From an uncultured Methanosarcinales archaeon (GTDB lineage: Archaea > Nanobdellota > Nanobdellia > Woesearchaeales > CAZYIM01), in contig CAZYIM010000025.1 of assembly GCA_964647565.1 (NCBI GenBank), forward strand, positions 2,654 to 41,877: a stretch of 39,224 nucleotides of DNA. The letters are read 5' to 3'. Positions 34,178 through 39,224 of the stretch are shown here, piece after piece; position 1 is the first letter of the stretch; every line of letters begins with the position of its first letter. The position numbers and the translations under genes were made by a program. Under the pieces are notes generated by a model, which worked only from the letters and a program-made list of their open reading frames with translations, had not been told where the DNA came from and did no database searches.

Positions 34178-34226
34178 AAAGAATTGCTTAGAAAGGAAGT
34201 TTTTAAATTTTTGGTTTGTAAAAACA

Positions 34227-34556
34227 TCAATAATATCTTGCCTTCGCACCACCAAAGACAAGGACGTTATCCAGTGCCAGATCCCTTATATGCCAAGTTC
34301 TCTGCCGCCTATCTATCATAAATTCAATTAATTTCTTGCTTCTTTTCTCAGCTTCTGCTTTTTTAATTAGATTAGAATAATTTATTGCGTACCGAGTAAA
34401 CTGTTCTGTAATTCTTAACGAAGCCTGGAAATTAGAAGTGATTTCTTCATTCTTTAGTATTTTGATCGGATCCCTTGCATAAGCATAACTATCATCTACA
34501 GTAAACCGCCTGAGCCCAAGATCTTCTTCTCTAATACTATAAAAATCCGAGTTCAT
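34227..34556 (-). CDS. Hypothetical protein
   Basis: 109-aa ORF with TTTAATAA upstream. Confidence 0.55.
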   Translation of the reverse strand: MNSDFYSIREEDLGLRRFTVDDSYAYARDPIKILKNEEITSNFQASLRITEQFTRYAINYSNLIKKAEAEKRSKKLIEFMIDRRQRTWHIRDLALDNVLVFGGAKARYY

Positions 34557-34605
34557 AAAAAAAGAGAATCATAACGATTATTAAAATCTTTAGGTTGTTA
34601 GGAAT

Positions 34606-35247
34606 CTACCCCTTCTTCTCTTTCCTGCATTCCATATAAGAATATACAATCGGAACCCGGGCTGCAATTAGAATAGGAATCATTATCAATGTAAATGTAT
34701 ATTCCGGCCAGATTAAACCCAGCAATATAATAACACCAGCTCCCTTGAACAGTTTGCCTCCAAGTTTATGGGTTTTTTCCCACACCTCCTCACTACTGAG
34801 TGTCCACGGGGTCCTAATACCAATAAACCAGTTCATCTTAGCGTTCCCAATAAGAACTCCACAATAAAAGAATAAAACAGCAAGGCCGGGCACCATCATC
34901 TGTCCCATATCAAAGCGGTGTCCAAGGTTCCAGAATATTGTTAATAGATATATATAGAACATGAACAATGTGAAAATAATTATAAAACCATCATAATATT
35001 TCCTGAATTTATCGATGTTGGTCTTTAATGGATCAAATTTTGGCAGGAAGATAAAGAGCAATAAACACCCAGATAGTAAAATCGGCAGCAGGAATAATCC
35101 CCAAAACTTAGACATATGGCCATCAACCTCTCCTTGTGAGTTCCAGTGTGATGCAACCCTATCTGGAAACTGAGGATATAGATAAATGCTGATGACAAAA
35201 GATATCAAGATAAAGGCAACTGTAATCAACAGGGTTATTTTTTTCAT
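34606..35247 (-). CDS. SdpI/YhfL family membrane protein with DUF1648
   Basis: P..VASHWNSQGEVDG; NWFIGIRTPWTLSSEEVWEKTH; start placed at MKKITLL. Confidence 0.9.
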   Translation of the reverse strand: MKKITLLITVAFILISFVISIYLYPQFPDRVASHWNSQGEVDGHMSKFWGLFLLPILLSGCLLLFIFLPKFDPLKTNIDKFRKYYDGFIIIFTLFMFYIYLLTIFWNLGHRFDMGQMMVPGLAVLFFYCGVLIGNAKMNWFIGIRTPWTLSSEEVWEKTHKLGGKLFKGAGVIILLGLIWPEYTFTLIMIPILIAARVPIVYSYMECRKEKKG

Positions 35248-35341
35248 AATAAAAACTACATCAGAGTATATATAAATATTACGGCATCCAAATTGGTCCA
35301 TTTCGGAAAGATATAAAAACATCAACTTCTAAAGTAGAGTC

Positions 35342-35653
35342 ATGCGAGCAATAATCATAACAATTCTGTTAATCTGCCTGCTCATAATGGCTGGCTGCAA
35401 GGAAAAGCCACATACTGTCGTGGTAGATGATGTTAATGTGACCAATGATACCGAACCGATGCCCGCACAGATCGCCAATCCCGCATCTGTTAATTGCATC
35501 CAGAAAGGTTATGTTCTCAAGATCATGACAGATGATAGCCAAGACCAGTATGGTCTGTGCATCTTCCCTGACGAAACAGCCTGTGAAGAGTGGGCATTCT
35601 TCCGAGAGGAATGCGATGAGAGCAGCACCAATAGAGTACAGATAGAAACGTAA
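35342..35653 (+). CDS. DUF333 domain lipoprotein
   Basis: Lipobox MAGC; IANPASVNC...G.C.FPD...CEEWAFFREEC. Confidence 0.88.
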   Translation: MRAIIITILLICLLIMAGCKEKPHTVVVDDVNVTNDTEPMPAQIANPASVNCIQKGYVLKIMTDDSQDQYGLCIFPDETACEEWAFFREECDESSTNRVQIET

Positions 35654-35701
35654 TAATAGCTATTTTTTATGTTGTGAATGAATTTAGCCACCACAATCTC
35701 A

Positions 35702-35860
35702 CAGAATTAAAAAATCAATTCTGACGTCCTCAGAAAATAAAATTTTTTGGGACGCAAAGTAACGTTATACGTTACTAGTGTCATAAGGAAAGTAAAACTT
35801 TCCTGTGACGTCAGCAAACTTCGTTAACTTTGCGTTAGGATATGTAGTAGCATATCACAA
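35702..35860 (+). other. Multi-hairpin intergenic element (candidate ncRNA or palindromic repeat)
   Basis: Hairpins at 35702-35723, 35725-35754, 35758-35776, 35780-35809, 35839-35856. Confidence 0.55.
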
Positions 35861-35919
35861 ACTTTAAATATCATTTTCCATATATATCAAATCTGGTTGG
35901 ATTTAGGCATAGCAATAAG

Positions 35920-36231
35920 ATGATAAGGATAAAAAAATATAGGTCAGGAGACAAACCTTCTTTCTCAGATATTGCTAAATGGAAAATCGAAGTCTGGGAT
36001 AGTTGCCCAGTTAGGATTCCGGACAATAATCCTGCTGCAAAAGAGATAAGATATTCTTGCGGTTTTAATGGTCTTGATTGCATTTTTGAGAACTGTCCAA
36101 GACGAAAGGAAATAATGAAACAGCCGGTTGAAGCGCCTGAAGATAATGCAATTGAAGAGCTTTTGATGAAAAAAAAAGAGATCCAGAAACATCAAGAACA
36201 AGGAGCTGTATCTAATTCTACTACTAACTGA
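35920..36231 (+). CDS. Small hypothetical protein with four Cys
   Basis: 103-aa ORF, TATATAT about 33 nt upstream; CP...C....C....CP could bind metal. Confidence 0.55.
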   Translation: MIRIKKYRSGDKPSFSDIAKWKIEVWDSCPVRIPDNNPAAKEIRYSCGFNGLDCIFENCPRRKEIMKQPVEAPEDNAIEELLMKKKEIQKHQEQGAVSNSTTN

Positions 36232-36315
36232 TTACAAAATGTAATTACTTTAAAATAGAAAAATTTAAATATGACTAACTTCATAGAAGAATTTATAAGT
36301 TTATCAGGTGGTAAA

Positions 36316-37647
36316 ATGAAAAAAGTATGTGTGTTAGTTTTGGTGATAAGTTTACTTCTATTAGTGGCTGCATGTCAATACCAAGTGCCAACCTCCGAAG
36401 GCGAGGATGGCCCCGTAATAATTGTGGATGACGAATACGAAGAGGACACAGAGGATGAAAACGGGATAACAGGTGAGACTATCAAAGAGATAGAAGATGA
36501 ACCTGACGAAACAGAGGAAGAAACAAGTGAAGAAGATACAGAAGACGAAGAGACTGACGACGAAGAAGCAGAGGAAGAAGAAACAGATGACGATGAGCCA
36601 GAAGAAGAAATAGAAGATGAAGAGACTGGATTAGAAGATGATATTGATGAAACATCTGCCCTTTTCACCATCAAAGGTGTTGAAGGGGATCTAATGAATC
36701 TAGCTCCTCAGGCTGTAGATCCAGACGGAGATATGGTCGATTATGAATTCTCTGAGCCATTCAATAATGAAGGATTTTGGCAGACAAACATAGGAGATAA
36801 AGGCAAGTATCTTGTGACTGTCACAGCTTCAGATGGAGAACTGTCCACTACTGAAAATGTGCTTGTGATTATTGAAAAGGCTAATGTGGCGCCTAAGATC
36901 GAATGCCCTGAAGAGATCAATGTCAAAGAAGGGGACGAAGTGTTCCTTGATTGCAACATATTCGACGAAGAAGGTGATAATGTGGTTGTCCAATACAGTG
37001 GTTGGATGAACTCAGCTTCAAAAATAACTGATTTTGGTGATGCAGGAGAACATTCAGTTGTAATAGTTGCCTCAGACAACAAGAACAAGGCTACTGTAAC
37101 AATCATAGTCAACGTTGATAATGTGAACAGGGCCCCAGAATTGGATAGAATTCGTGATATCGAAGCAATGGAAGATGATATCATAACTTTAGAACCTGAA
37201 GCATCTGACCTGGATGAAGACGAACTTACCTTTACATTTCCAGAGCCATTTGATGATACAGGAGTCTGGAAGACTGAAATCGGAGATGCTGGCGTATATG
37301 AGATGTCTGTAGTTGTCAGTGATGGAACCTCGATAGATGAGGACGATTTTACCCTGACTATCAAGCAGAAGAATACAGCACCAGTATTAAAGGCGATCGC
37401 ACCGATTGTTGTTGAGGAAGGAGACCTGATTGAACTGCCTATAGACGCAGCAGATAGAGAAGGAGATGAACTGATCCTTACAGTTACAGGATGGATGTCA
37501 TCCTCCAAGTATCAAACCACCTTTGATGATGAGGGCGAGTATGATGTGACTGTATCTGTATCAGATGGCGAGTTCGTTGCAGTAGAAGATGTTGAGATAA
37601 CTGTACTAAACAAGAACAGGCCACCTATATTCCAGATACCAGGTTAA
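36316..37647 (+). CDS. Surface lipoprotein with acidic stalk and four Ig/cadherin-like repeats
   Basis: Lipobox VAAC after AGGTGG SD; D/E-rich tract; repeats N.AP...EGD...D.[DE]GD...V.V.[AV]SDG. Confidence 0.82.
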   Translation: MKKVCVLVLVISLLLLVAACQYQVPTSEGEDGPVIIVDDEYEEDTEDENGITGETIKEIEDEPDETEEETSEEDTEDEETDDEEAEEEETDDDEPEEEIEDEETGLEDDIDETSALFTIKGVEGDLMNLAPQAVDPDGDMVDYEFSEPFNNEGFWQTNIGDKGKYLVTVTASDGELSTTENVLVIIEKANVAPKIECPEEINVKEGDEVFLDCNIFDEEGDNVVVQYSGWMNSASKITDFGDAGEHSVVIVASDNKNKATVTIIVNVDNVNRAPELDRIRDIEAMEDDIITLEPEASDLDEDELTFTFPEPFDDTGVWKTEIGDAGVYEMSVVVSDGTSIDEDDFTLTIKQKNTAPVLKAIAPIVVEEGDLIELPIDAADREGDELILTVTGWMSSSKYQTTFDDEGEYDVTVSVSDGEFVAVEDVEITVLNKNRPPIFQIPG

Positions 37648-37662
37648 ACCAAAAAAACGTGA

Positions 37663-37688
37663 AAATGGCCTTGAAAACAAGGTCATTT
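37663..37688 (+). terminator. Hairpin followed by T-rich tract, possible terminator
   Basis: AAATGGCCTTG-AAAA-CAAGGTCATTT (one G.U pair), followed by TTTTTATTCTTATTTTATTTT. Confidence 0.4.
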
Positions 37689-37752
37689 CCGTAACCTTTT
37701 TATTCTTATTTTATTTTCTTTATCTTAAATTACGTTTCAGGGGGTTAAAAAC

Positions 37753-38133
37753 ATGAAAAGACTACTAGTATTAATAGGCATAATTAGCCTTTTGCTGCTG
37801 ATCACAGCCTGCAAACAGGATGCACCTGCCATGGGTGATGCTGTACTTATTGTAGACGGAGATGGCAGTAACCTGGTTGAAGATGTCAAAGATTTTGAGC
37901 TGCATCTGAAAGACGGCATTTTAGAACCTACAACCATTGTTGTCAACGAAGGGGATCATGTCAGATTGTTCTTGAAGAACACAGATGTTATTGTGTTCGA
38001 ATCTCTTCCATTCAATGTATTTATGAACATGAGACATGGAATGATCGAATTCGATGCAGACCAAAAAGGAGAGTTTGCCTTTTATTGCGCAGATTGCGAT
38101 GAAGGAAGAGACTCAGTCCTTAAGGTTATTTAA
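37753..38133 (+). CDS. Cupredoxin-like fold lipoprotein
   Basis: Lipobox ITAC; PTTIVVNEGDHVRL and EFDADQKGEFAFYC; no clear His ligands. Confidence 0.7.
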   Translation: MKRLLVLIGIISLLLLITACKQDAPAMGDAVLIVDGDGSNLVEDVKDFELHLKDGILEPTTIVVNEGDHVRLFLKNTDVIVFESLPFNVFMNMRHGMIEFDADQKGEFAFYCADCDEGRDSVLKVI

Positions 38134-38184
38134 TTTTTTTATTTTTATTTTTATTTTTTCTAGCTTCTTTAAAATAAACTGGTC

Positions 38185-39224
38185 TTAGAAGAATTTATTT
38201 AGATCTGTCTGTCTCTTACGGATGTAGTGCGGTTCAGGAAGATCAGGGACTTCGATATGGCCATTTAGCTCCAGTTCTCCATAAACCCCATCATAGCCAG
38301 GTTTAACGTTCAGTTCGGCTTTCCGATTCTTGATAATGGCATTTGCAATCTTTTCATCTGTAATGGCTTTCAGCTCTTCGAAGCTGGCATTCAATAAGAC
38401 ATCGTACTCTGATCTGAAGTGTTTCATTATCTTATTGTATTCACTCCATACCTTCTTGGTTGCCATTGTTGCACCTATAAGATTGGAAAGAATCTCAGAC
38501 AGCGGCAGCAATGTCTTGAAAGGTTTTGCAGTATCAGGCATCGAGCCTTGTGGTCTGTCTGCAAGGCTCTCCACTCTATTGAGTACACCGATAGTCAATG
38601 GCTTTTTGCATCTTGGACAGATGCCATTTAGCTGCCTGGTCTGTTTTGGTAAGATATGAACATCACAAGCCCTATGGCCATCGATATGATACTTCCCATA
38701 ATTAGGATCGACTTCTATGGTCTCAATCAGGCCTTCGCCAGTCCTCAAGGCCTTAAGCAGTTCCTTATAATTTAATCCAATGTCAAGGACAGTTGCTTCC
38801 CTGCCAAGCCTCCAAGGCCAATAGCTGTGCAGATCCGAACAAGAGATGAGATTGAACCGGTCAAGTTGACTAAGTCTCCAGTTCATGGCAGGATCACTGC
38901 TGAGACCTGTCTCCAGTGCATGTATAAATTTGCTCTGGTCTTTAAAGCATTCATGAACAGAATCAAATCCGGATTTGGAGCCAAAAAGGCTGAACCAGGG
39001 GGTCCAGATATGCGCAGGCACAACCTCAATGTCTTCAGATATTTTTCTGAGATCATATACCAAATCATGACAAGGAATCTTGAAAATGGGCCGGCCATCA
39101 TAGTCAATTCTTCCTTTGCTCTTGAAATATTCAGTGATCTGATCAACCACCTCCATTTTAGGAGCATTTATGACTTTTTGGACCTTCCTACCGTTGTTGG
39201 CTTGGGTATAGATAAGAGATATTT
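38185..39224 (-). CDS. Endonuclease Q family / PHP domain protein (5' end outside window)
   Basis: PAHIWTPWFS, ETGLSSDP, SDLHS, GREAT, GKYHIDGHRAC, CPRC, GVLNRV, PGYDGVYG; frame stays open to the window end (ISLIYTQ...). Confidence 0.9.
   Translation of the reverse strand, partial: ISLIYTQANNGRKVQKVINAPKMEVVDQITEYFKSKGRIDYDGRPIFKIPCHDLVYDLRKISEDIEVVPAHIWTPWFSLFGSKSGFDSVHECFKDQSKFIHALETGLSSDPAMNWRLSQLDRFNLISCSDLHSYWPWRLGREATVLDIGLNYKELLKALRTGEGLIETIEVDPNYGKYHIDGHRACDVHILPKQTRQLNGICPRCKKPLTIGVLNRVESLADRPQGSMPDTAKPFKTLLPLSEILSNLIGATMATKKVWSEYNKIMKHFRSEYDVLLNASFEELKAITDEKIANAIIKNRKAELNVKPGYDGVYGELELNGHIEVPDLPEPHYIRKRQTDLNKFF

Noticed and set aside
36316..37647. Ig-repeat lipoprotein as the cohesin scaffold for the dockerins
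   Set aside because: Repeats are about 85 aa with cadherin-like Ca motifs, shorter than and unlike cohesins (about 140 aa); no supporting evidence.
39160..39224. EndoQ segment RKVQKVINAP lacks a His I expected at this position
   Set aside because: At the window edge with the N-terminus unseen; cannot distinguish natural variation from sequence error.

Overview
Archaeal chromosomal segment, most likely DPANN/Woesearchaeota-like. This is inferred from an archaeal-type Pth2, a TrmB regulator, a FlaK/PibD-like A24 peptidase, EndoQ, and TATA boxes about 22-25 nt before many start codons; the genetic code is standard. The left 13 kb is a co-oriented array of at least seven secreted-protein genes. 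Six complete ones end in the same compact 46-aa dockerin-like module: four paralogous putative glycoside hydrolases with a golvesin/Xly-type CBM, one alpha-helical lyase/heparinase-like protein, and one DUF362 multidomain protein. A seventh runs off the left edge. The rest is housekeeping/accessory mosaic with several oddities: a class II LysRS fused to both a B3/4 and an AlaX editing domain, a degenerate UppS-like protein, two HIT proteins lacking the catalytic His, a prepilin peptidase with an in-frame TAA, three tandem paralogs of an unknown family, an unannotated RHH gene coupled to a 1325-aa protein, and two highly structured intergenic elements. No rRNA, tRNA, CRISPR array, transposase or integrase was seen. 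All family calls are by motif recognition only; no searches were run.
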